Source of the DNA: Vampirovibrionaceae bacterium NZW_1234
Lineage (GTDB): Bacteria > Cyanobacteriota > Vampirovibrionia > Vampirovibrionales > JAGQHJ01
Reading direction: 5' to 3'
DNA length: 64,000 bases
Assembly (NCBI GenBank): GCA_041697335.1
Contig: JBGUGD010000023.1
Location: 96,001 to 160,000, forward strand
In this document: positions 33,140 through 40,466 of the stretch, in pieces
Layout of the letters: every line of letters starts with the position of its first letter
Numbering within the stretch: the stretch's first letter is position 1
The notes under the pieces: generated by a model
Told to the model about the DNA's origin: nothing
The model's input: the letters and a program-made list of their open reading frames with translations, nothing else
Database searches by the model: none
Translations under genes and position numbers: made by a program

Positions 33140-33178
33140 AAACGAAAACGCCGCCTTCTGAGTTGAAAGCGGCGTTTG
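33140..33178 (-). terminator. Intrinsic terminator after precursor 1
   Basis: Minus strand AAACGCCGCTTTC-loop-GAAGGCGGCGTTTT followed by further Ts. Confidence 0.7.
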
Positions 33179-33195
33179 TACGAAACAATCCTGGT

Positions 33196-33630
33196 TTAGG
33201 AAAAGGTTCTGTTGCCCTTGAGCAGGTTGAGCAGGACTTGAAGGCGTTGGAGTATCTGGGTGATGTCCATATTGCCTCCGGGCGGGCGGAAGCCGCCTTC
33301 CTGATCGCTGGGGAATTTTTCGGTCCCAACACCGCAGAACATGGGCGGACGTGTGCCGCCTTCCTGGTCGCTGGGGAACTTGAGCGTTTGGATGTCGCCA
33401 CCGATGGGGGGACGCGTGCCGCCTTCCTGATCGCTGGGGAATTTTAAGGTTTGAATGTCGCCACCGATGGGAGGACGTGTGCCGCCTTCCTGATCGCTGG
33501 GGAATTTGCGGGTTTGAACATCGCCACCGATGGGGGGACGCGTGCCGCCTTCCTGATCACTGGGGAATTTCATCGTGGTCGCAATGTTGCGACTTCCGAG
33601 GCTTGCATAATCTAAAAAATATCCCGACAT
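33196..33630 (-). CDS. Multi-core graspetide (microviridin/marinostatin-like) precursor 1, 144 aa, 5 cores TxKFPSDQEGG
   Basis: Start re-assigned to ATG 33630 by alignment with precursor 2 (MSGYFLDYA vs MSQYFFDYA); TxKxPSDxE cores. Confidence 0.85.
   Translation of the reverse strand: MSGYFLDYASLGSRNIATTMKFPSDQEGGTRPPIGGDVQTRKFPSDQEGGTRPPIGGDIQTLKFPSDQEGGTRPPIGGDIQTLKFPSDQEGGTRPPMFCGVGTEKFPSDQEGGFRPPGGNMDITQILQRLQVLLNLLKGNRTFS
33292..33576 (-). repeat. Five 63 bp coding tandem repeats
   Basis: Exact 63 bp period; the invariant FPSDQEGG residues differ only at synonymous positions (AGC/AGT, GAT/GAC, TTC). Confidence 0.9.
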
Positions 33631-33670
33631 GAAAACCGTCCTATCTGAACACCACAAAAATATCTATATA

Positions 33671-33701
33671 TATATAAACAATTTATTTCAGGATTAATTG
33701 C
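33671..33701 (-). promoter_or_regulatory. GCAAT-N18-TTTATATA motif, copy 2
   Basis: tatataaa 33671-33678 and attgc 33697-33701; 40 nt upstream of the start codon. Confidence 0.65.
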
Positions 33702-33872
33702 CACGAAACGCCCAAAGGTAACGTTTTGTAACACCATTAGGCATCATGGTCAGTCCTCACGATTCGGTGTGTTCACCTTGGGGTATCTCCATCTGAGGGT
33801 GTGATCGCCGGTGTCTGGCAAGCTCTGGACGCGGTTAGCCAGAATACATACTGAGTGTGACCCGTAACAAGC

Positions 33873-34406
33873 TTACGAATTGGCTCTGAAATTCTGCAAA
33901 AGCAGCATCAGAACAAGAATTCGCTGGAAGGATAGGCCCGAGGAATTGTTGTTTCCCGGTGGGCGTATGCCGCTTTCATCGTCACTGGGAGCTTTCATGG
34001 TGAGGCTTATCTTGTCGATGGGTGGGTGCATCCCTCCTGGCGGACGGATGCCGCTTTCATCATCGCTGGGAGCCTTCATGGTGAAGCTAATCTTGTCGAT
34101 GGGTGGGTGCATCCCTCCTGGCGGGCGATAGCCGCTTTCATCATCGCTGGGGGCCTTCATGGTGAGATTGATATAGTCAAAGGGAGGGCGATAGCCGCTT
34201 TCATCATCACTGGGGGCTTTCATGGTGTATGCCAAAGCATCGTTAGGAGGACGATAGCCACTTTCATCATCACTGGGGGCTTTCATGGTATAGGCCAAAG
34301 CATCGTTGGGGGGACGATAGCCGCTTTCATCATCGCTGGGGGCTTTCATGGTGTACCCGATATTTCGGGGAGCCGACTGGGCATAGTCAAAGAAATATTG
34401 AGACAC
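33873..34406 (-). CDS. Multi-core graspetide precursor 2, 177 aa, 6 cores TMKAPSDDESG
   Basis: AGGAG SD plus GTG; six identical cores; adjacent ATP-grasp ligase. Confidence 0.88.
   Translation of the reverse strand: MSQYFFDYAQSAPRNIGYTMKAPSDDESGYRPPNDALAYTMKAPSDDESGYRPPNDALAYTMKAPSDDESGYRPPFDYINLTMKAPSDDESGYRPPGGMHPPIDKISFTMKAPSDDESGIRPPGGMHPPIDKISLTMKAPSDDESGIRPPGNNNSSGLSFQRILVLMLLLQNFRANS
33969..34352 (-). repeat. Six coding repeats (63 bp spacing x3, then 81 bp x2)
   Basis: In-frame periods; synonymous variation in the core codons. Confidence 0.9.
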
Positions 34407-34446
34407 TAACTCTCTCCTAACATGGATGTGGTTATTTAATCATATT

Positions 34447-34477
34447 TATATAAAAAAATAATATTTCTACCAATTGC
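34447..34477 (-). promoter_or_regulatory. GCAAT-N18-TTTATATA motif, copy 3
   Basis: tatataaa 34447-34454 and attgc 34473-34477; 40 nt upstream of the start codon, the same spacing as copy 2. Confidence 0.65.
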
Positions 34478-34605
34478 CTGAAGTCGTCCTCATGTAAACT
34501 TTTGTGTAAAAGAGCGCAGTGCCTGAGAAACCTGGAGCTGCTGTGCTTTATGCCCAGGAAATCGGTGAGATTATTTAAGCTCTGAAGCCTGCAGAGACAA
34601 AGGGT

Positions 34606-35514
34606 CTATGAACCGCCTCTGACCAAGGTGTCCGCCAGGCAATCGCTGATTTTAAGGCCGCTGCGGTCTTCGTAGATCATGAACAAGGGGCTGGGGTTGG
34701 CCTCGAAGAAAACGTACTCGTCGTCCGGGGTACGACGCAGGTCGATTCCGGTGAGCCTGAGACCCAGGGTCCTGGCCAGGCGGCGGCACTGGTCTTCTAC
34801 GGAAGCGGGAAGGGCTGCCGGAAGAATCCGCATGGCTTGATCGGTTTTGTAATGCTCGGTGTCCGTATGGACTTCCGTGATGAACAACTCGTCCTCGATA
34901 ACATGGACCCGGATATCCACGCCGGGAATAAATTCCTGGCACTGGACCGGCAAGGCGGAGAGTCGACTGAGGGCGTCGGGGGCCATATCCTGGTCCGTAA
35001 GCTTATGGGCAATGGCACTCCCGGCCAGGGGTTTGACGATGGCATGTCGTTGGTGGGCTTCGTAAAAGGCAACCAGCTTTTCCGGATCGTTGGTGATCAG
35101 GGTCTCAGGGACGCGAAAACCAGCAGACTTCAGTATCGAGAGCTGATGTGGCTTGAACCGGTGCAGTTCGATGGCGGTGGCGGGGTTGACCCAGTAGGTG
35201 TCCAGATTGCGCCACAGGCTGCCGAGGGCGGCTTCCAGCTCCTGCTGAACAAAGAATCGATAAGCGACATCCTGGTGAGAGGGGAGAGACAGCCCTTCAT
35301 AGCAATACCAATACACGGCGTCGATATCTGAAAAGGGGATGCGGTTGGGCAATTCTGGTGTTTGAATCCATCCCTCCCCGGCTTCGGTAAAGCTGATTCG
35401 GGTCTGGGTCGGGAACGTGCGGGTATCGAAGCAGACAACCTGCTTCCCTCGGGCTTCGATTTTCTGTCGAACCCGATCGGAATGAATATCTGAGGAGCCA
35501 AGAATGAGTATCAC
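34606..35514 (-). CDS. ATP-grasp ligase, MdnC/MvdD-like graspetide synthetase (paralog 2)
   Basis: FDTRTFPT (cf. MdnC FDTDRFPT), WVNP, VPETLITND, VKP, QEFIPG, IDLRRTPDDEYVFFEANP; directly upstream of the precursors. Confidence 0.88.
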   Translation of the reverse strand: MILILGSSDIHSDRVRQKIEARGKQVVCFDTRTFPTQTRISFTEAGEGWIQTPELPNRIPFSDIDAVYWYCYEGLSLPSHQDVAYRFFVQQELEAALGSLWRNLDTYWVNPATAIELHRFKPHQLSILKSAGFRVPETLITNDPEKLVAFYEAHQRHAIVKPLAGSAIAHKLTDQDMAPDALSRLSALPVQCQEFIPGVDIRVHVIEDELFITEVHTDTEHYKTDQAMRILPAALPASVEDQCRRLARTLGLRLTGIDLRRTPDDEYVFFEANPSPLFMIYEDRSGLKISDCLADTLVRGGS

Positions 35515-35520
35515 ATCCCC

Positions 35521-35526
35521 ATTATA
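35521..35526 (-). promoter_or_regulatory. TATAAT -10 box 6 nt before the GTG; leaderless promoter
   Basis: Minus strand reads TATAAT-ggggat-GTG. Confidence 0.5.
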
Positions 35527-35536
35527 CGGCGTGATG

Positions 35537-35578
35537 AAAAAAATGCTTGGGGAGGCTCAGATGAGACGCCCCAAGCAT
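35537..35578 (-). terminator. Intrinsic terminator of the glycine-zipper gene
   Basis: ATGCTTGGGG...CCCCAAGCAT stem followed by a T7 tract on the minus strand. Confidence 0.75.
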
Positions 35579-35601
35579 ATATGACTAGCCAATAACTGCC
35601 G

Positions 35602-36084
35602 TTAATCGGGTTGCTCTAAAATATGCTTGCGGGTGTAGTGGACCCCCGCCCCTACGCCGGTGCCAATGGCTGCCGCAGGAAGGATACCTGTACCTGCGGT
35701 AATGGCCGCACCGGCACCAATGGCTGTTCCTTTAAGGGCACGTCGGGCCAGGGGCTTGTCTCTCAGTAATTCACTTTTGTCCATCAGGCCAACCCCCGCT
35801 CCGGTGGCTGCACCGACCAGCCCTCCTTTAAGCAAGGATTTGCCGGTCAGAGCACCGACACCAACGCCGGCAGCGGTGCCAATGGCGGAGCTTCGGACAA
35901 CCGGATTGCGCCAGGCATTTTGAATGCGGTCTTTGGCGGTTGGTTTTTGGACGTAAACGTAGCGCCGGGCACTGGCATCATACACCCGTTCGTAACTGGG
36001 ATTGGCCCAGGCCGGGGCAGCGGAGGCCATCACCAAGACCATGGCCATGGATGCAGCCCAAAAACGTGCAAGATTCGATTTCAT
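35602..36084 (-). CDS. Secreted glycine-zipper protein
   Basis: Signal peptide AWA-N; repeated GxxxGxxxG; GGAGG SD; TGCTAGGAT extended -10 at 36135-36143. Confidence 0.75.
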   Translation of the reverse strand: MKSNLARFWAASMAMVLVMASAAPAWANPSYERVYDASARRYVYVQKPTAKDRIQNAWRNPVVRSSAIGTAAGVGVGALTGKSLLKGGLVGAATGAGVGLMDKSELLRDKPLARRALKGTAIGAGAAITAGTGILPAAAIGTGVGAGVHYTRKHILEQPD

Positions 36085-36241
36085 CAGGGAACCCTCCATT
36101 GCAGGAACCTAATCGGCTTATACCAACAGCATTTATCCTAGCAGTTGACCCTGTCAGCACACACTAGTCTCTGGTCTTACTACCGGTACTATTTTTGAGA
36201 GACGATGGCTGAGCCTGGATGTTCCCGGGAGGTGTATGGGG

Positions 36242-38326
36242 TCAGGCCGGTTTTTGTGTGTCCGCTTTTCTGCTGGCCAGCGTCTTTTCCCACAGGGCAC
36301 GCCAGTCGGCGACGCCTGAGGTTTGGAACATCTCCCGAATGGCCACGGGATCGTTCATGGTTTCTTCCTGTTCGATACGGGCGATGATTTTTTCCCGGGC
36401 TTCGGGGGGAATGGCCTTGATGAAGGCCACAGTGGTTTCATACAGTTGGCTTAACAGGTCGTTGCGGACGGACTCGCCTTTTTCCTTCAATGCCGGAGAG
36501 ACATCGCTGTGGGCAAAAGGATTGTCCGAGGGAGGGATGATGACCTGGCCGAAGCGCTCCGGGTAGAGGGCCGAGGTTTCGATAGCCTCTTTCATCAACT
36601 GGTTCACCTTGGCCCAGTCGTTGGAGGCCCCGGAGGAGACGTTGTCCTTACCATAGAGGGCTTCTTCGGCGGCGCGGCCTCCCATGATCATGCAGGCCAT
36701 CTTCTCCACAAACTGACGGGTCTGGTGGTACTTGGGCATGCCTTCGGGATCGGTGCCCATAATGCCCAGGGCCGTGCCACCACCTTCCATGTTTCGGGGG
36801 ACTACGGTCAGGAACTGGACGGGTAAGCCCAGGGCCCACGCCACGGCCGCATGGCCCAGGGTTTCATGGACCGCGACCCGGCGTTTGTCCTCCGGGGTAA
36901 AGGCTACGTCCTTTTTGGGCAGGCCCAGGTAGATTCGCTCGATAGCATCCAGAAAATCCTGGCGCTCGATAGCGGTCTTGTCCCGGCGCCGTGCCAGGAG
37001 AGCGGCCTCGTTGGCGATTTTTTCGATTTCGGCCCCGCTGGTTCCCGGCCACATGCGTCGGGCAATGAAAAGGGAATCCACATCGTCGGCGACTTTCTTG
37101 TTGCGCAAGTGGACGTTGAGAATATCCCGGCGTCCTTCCGGGGTCATCGGCGGTGTGACGGTGTATTTCTTATCGAAGCGCCCGGGACGGACCAGGGCCT
37201 TGTCCAGGGTCTCGGCCCGGTTGGTGGCGGCGATGACCAGGACGTCATCGGTGGCGTTAAAGCCGTCCATCTCCGAGAGGATGGCGTTGAGGGTCTGCTC
37301 GCGCTCGTCGTGTCCGCCCACGCCGGGACCGGCACCGCCGCGCTTTTTCCCAATGGCGTCGATTTCGTCGATAAAGATGACCGAGGGGGCATGTTTTCGG
37401 GCCGTGGCAAACAGATCCCGGACACGGCGAGCGCCCATCCCGACGAAGAGTTCCACGAAGTCGGATCCGCTAAGGCTAAAGAAGGGTCGATTTAACTCAC
37501 CGGCGATGGCCTTTGCCAACAGGGTCTTACCGGTTCCGGGCGGGCCTTCCAAGAGGATGCCACTGGGTAAGCGCTCTCCAACTCGGCTTTCGCGATCGTT
37601 AAAGAGATTGAGGATGTCGGCCCGGATTTCATGCACGACTTCAGGGATGCCTGCGACATGATCCAGGGTGACCTTGGGGGCGTTGGCGTTGGTAGTATGG
37701 CTTTGGAGGGCGCTAAAGCCACCCCGGCCAGCCATGCCGCTCATCATGCGATAGGCCAGGTACCCGATCAGGGCCAGCGGGAGAAGTTGTATGGCCAGCA
37801 TCAGGAAAATCGCACCCACCTGGCTTTCGTCTTTAACCTGCGGGTGAAGTCCTTTTTCCCGCATGGATTGAACCAGTTCGGTATAGCCGGGTTGTTGTGG
37901 GTTGGGCACAAAATGCTGGACGTTCTTGTTGTCGAGAATTACCCGCCATTCGATGGCGGTTTTACCGGCCTGGATTTCGATGGCCTTCACCCGCCCGGCC
38001 TGGATCTGCTGCATGAGCTCCTGGGGTGTGGCGATGAGGAGGCCGTTCGCATCGGGGATGGTTTCGCCGGGTTGGACCGGGGCGGTTAGCTGCGGGTTTG
38101 GCTTTTGAGGGGCCAGGGCGGAATAGCCCATGTATGCGGCAAGGCCCAGGGTGAGATACAGGAGCAGTTTGTTTCGTCGGGGGGGCTGTTTCTGCGGGGA
38201 TGCGGTTCCGAAACGAAGCAAATCGTCAGTCCGATGATGGTGTGCGTTGGCCAACGGTCGCTCGGGAACGTGTCCGATAGACAGCGCCGTCCGATGGGCA
38301 GGCACCCCCAGAAGTGGTGTCACCAT
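36242..38326 (-). CDS. ftsH: FtsH-family AAA+ zinc metalloprotease (divergent paralog)
   Basis: Two TMs, GPPGTGKT, IDEIDA, SRH (AATNR...LDKALVRPGRFD), HETLGH, GASND. Confidence 0.9.
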   Translation of the reverse strand: MVTPLLGVPAHRTALSIGHVPERPLANAHHHRTDDLLRFGTASPQKQPPRRNKLLLYLTLGLAAYMGYSALAPQKPNPQLTAPVQPGETIPDANGLLIATPQELMQQIQAGRVKAIEIQAGKTAIEWRVILDNKNVQHFVPNPQQPGYTELVQSMREKGLHPQVKDESQVGAIFLMLAIQLLPLALIGYLAYRMMSGMAGRGGFSALQSHTTNANAPKVTLDHVAGIPEVVHEIRADILNLFNDRESRVGERLPSGILLEGPPGTGKTLLAKAIAGELNRPFFSLSGSDFVELFVGMGARRVRDLFATARKHAPSVIFIDEIDAIGKKRGGAGPGVGGHDEREQTLNAILSEMDGFNATDDVLVIAATNRAETLDKALVRPGRFDKKYTVTPPMTPEGRRDILNVHLRNKKVADDVDSLFIARRMWPGTSGAEIEKIANEAALLARRRDKTAIERQDFLDAIERIYLGLPKKDVAFTPEDKRRVAVHETLGHAAVAWALGLPVQFLTVVPRNMEGGGTALGIMGTDPEGMPKYHQTRQFVEKMACMIMGGRAAEEALYGKDNVSSGASNDWAKVNQLMKEAIETSALYPERFGQVIIPPSDNPFAHSDVSPALKEKGESVRNDLLSQLYETTVAFIKAIPPEAREKIIARIEQEETMNDPVAIREMFQTSGVADWRALWEKTLASRKADTQKPA

Positions 38327-38480
38327 GGTCTGTTTCTCCCTTTACCCTAAAATGCACATCCTTCATGGATGTGTTTGATGATGGATGAAGGTATTTTTAT
38401 ACAATTGTTTTTCTATTGCAATGGGTTATCGGGTATTCTTGGGGGGATGAGTTTACCCCGGGCCATATGACATGCAGTCC

Positions 38481-39776
38481 TTAATACCCGTAGTTGTAAT
38501 CAATGGGCTGCTCTTCATGGAGGCGAAGCAGGACGGTTTTCTGCTTGAGTCCGGCCAGGGCAGGGACGGTGCTGGTATCCCAGGCCAGAAGATTGTCGCC
38601 ATAGATGAGGTTATTGGGGCCAAAGTGCTGATATCCGGCCTGAGTCAATTCCGTGGATTTGCTCTGGGCCGGGTGGATGCCGGGAACCTTTGACAGGGCT
38701 TGCTGTAAGTCCGCCAGTGGCGGGCAGTTTTCGTTGTAATGCAGAACCAGGTGCTTGGGGTAGCGTTTGGCTCTGGGGAAAGGAGTATCCTGGCTGACAG
38801 CAGGGGTGGGCAAGCCAGCCGTTTTCAGCTGCTGGATGAATTCGTGGTGGATCTGCTGATCTTCGGGCGTGAATATAGGACGATTCGAAGTATTTACAAT
38901 GGGAACCAGCATATAGCGCGAAAACTGCGGCTGATGGGTCAGTCCCGGGAGTTTCGTCAGATCCAGGGCGTAGTAGTTCTTGGGGTACTTGCCCTTGCGC
39001 TTGTAATCGGCGTAGCCGGGGACCTTATCCAGATCGGCGGCGACGGTATTGGCTGATACAAGCTCCGGGAGTCGTCGTAGGGCTTTTTTGATGTCCTTGG
39101 GGGTGGCGTGGCCGTATTCCGTGGGGTAGGCGTAGGAAATGAGCATGTCCCACAATAAGGGATGAGGGGCTTTTGGCGAGTTGTGCCCGCTAAGACTGAC
39201 GGCAGCTATGCCGTTTTTAATGCCGGTGGCTTTCATAAATCGACGACGCAGGATTTTTTCCGCCTGCTGATGGTATTCCAGTTCGCTGTAATCCACATAG
39301 TGCAGTTTTACCAGGACGGTTTTCTGAGACGTCCCGGGGAAATAGCTGTGCGGGAGTTTCGTTATGTCCAGCGCGTATTCGTTGGGGCCGAATTTTCCTG
39401 TCTGGGGATCGCCGGGGTATCCTGCGGCATGGAGCTGGGCTTCGGCTGCGGAGGCCGGTTGCAGTTGGGGAAGATGCTGTTGGATGTGTTGTGCCGCTTG
39501 TTGATGGAACTGCGGTACGGACTTGCCGAAGTTGGAGACCACCAGAATGGCGCGTCCCGGAGACAGGTTCTGGGGGTATTGGATGCATGCCTGGAGATGG
39601 AGCGGGTTCTTAGGCGCCTGGGCCAGAAGGCGATTTAACCCGTCCATGGCGGATCCGATTTGGCCTGCCGTGAGCGGTGGCGGTGGCGTCTGAGGGGCGT
39701 GTGAACCGAAGCGCGTCGAGGCGGTCACTGTCGTTGTACGGGGACGTGTGGGGGACATGGAGCCATTAATGCGCAT
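38481..39776 (-). CDS. Hypothetical protein with three internal domain repeats and an N-terminal RFG extension
   Basis: GGAGG SD; TGCTAGGAT at 39813-39821; repeated GY...YALD(I/L)TKLP...VLVxL. Confidence 0.75.
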   Translation of the reverse strand: MRINGSMSPTRPRTTTVTASTRFGSHAPQTPPPPLTAGQIGSAMDGLNRLLAQAPKNPLHLQACIQYPQNLSPGRAILVVSNFGKSVPQFHQQAAQHIQQHLPQLQPASAAEAQLHAAGYPGDPQTGKFGPNEYALDITKLPHSYFPGTSQKTVLVKLHYVDYSELEYHQQAEKILRRRFMKATGIKNGIAAVSLSGHNSPKAPHPLLWDMLISYAYPTEYGHATPKDIKKALRRLPELVSANTVAADLDKVPGYADYKRKGKYPKNYYALDLTKLPGLTHQPQFSRYMLVPIVNTSNRPIFTPEDQQIHHEFIQQLKTAGLPTPAVSQDTPFPRAKRYPKHLVLHYNENCPPLADLQQALSKVPGIHPAQSKSTELTQAGYQHFGPNNLIYGDNLLAWDTSTVPALAGLKQKTVLLRLHEEQPIDYNYGY

Positions 39777-40024
39777 TTGAATTTTCCTCCCTCAGATGAG
39801 ACCTTGCCGCACATCCTAGCATAAAAAAGTTTGTTTTATTCAATTTCGATGCCGTTTTTCTCACCGACAAGAGAATCTAAATTGTTCCTTAAATCCGCTG
39901 CAAATTTGTCACAAGAGATTCAAGAGTTGTTTTTATATCTTTAAGAAATGGGCTTAGGCAATGTTCTCAGTAAAGACGATTGTCTTCGTTTTCGGGCTTG
40001 GGTAATGAAGGAGTTTGTAGCGGT

Positions 40025-40453
40025 ATGACATATGCGGTTCAACCTCGGGGTAGCGTTCTCTGTGGTGCTTACACGGCTTCGAATCTGGCAAAGGAACTGG
40101 GCAAGAATATTTCGCCCGAGCAGGCACGAATGTCAGGCTTTGAACCGGATCGGCCTGCCGGTATTGGTCCGAATGCGGTTGAACCTGGATTGGAACGCAT
40201 GGGGCTGGATGCTGAACGCCAGCCTTCGGCACAAAGTTCGTATAACAATCTGAAAAACGGGGGCAAGGAATTCTTCGCCGTCATGCAACGGGATCCGCAA
40301 ACGGGGCAGGTCTTTGGCCATGCGGTTGCCGGGAAAGGTGTCGACAGCCAAGGAAATGTCGTCTACGTGGATCCGATCGACGGGCAAGAACATCGGGAAC
40401 GTCCTGAAGAATTTTATGGCCGGACGATGGGCGCTTGGAGCGTCACGGCATAA
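40025..40453 (+). CDS. Stand-alone papain-fold cysteine peptidase (C39-like)
   Basis: AAGGAG SD before ATG 40025; Q-x6-CG, GHAV, VYVDP give a Gln/Cys/His/Asp arrangement. Confidence 0.7.
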   Translation: MTYAVQPRGSVLCGAYTASNLAKELGKNISPEQARMSGFEPDRPAGIGPNAVEPGLERMGLDAERQPSAQSSYNNLKNGGKEFFAVMQRDPQTGQVFGHAVAGKGVDSQGNVVYVDPIDGQEHRERPEEFYGRTMGAWSVTA

Positions 40454-40466
40454 TCTCGATTTCGCG

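Noticed and set aside
33292..34352. CRISPR-like look of 33 bp repeats with 30-48 bp spacers
   Set aside because: Periods are multiples of 3 inside SD-led ORFs, variation is synonymous, spacers are duplicated and no cas genes are present
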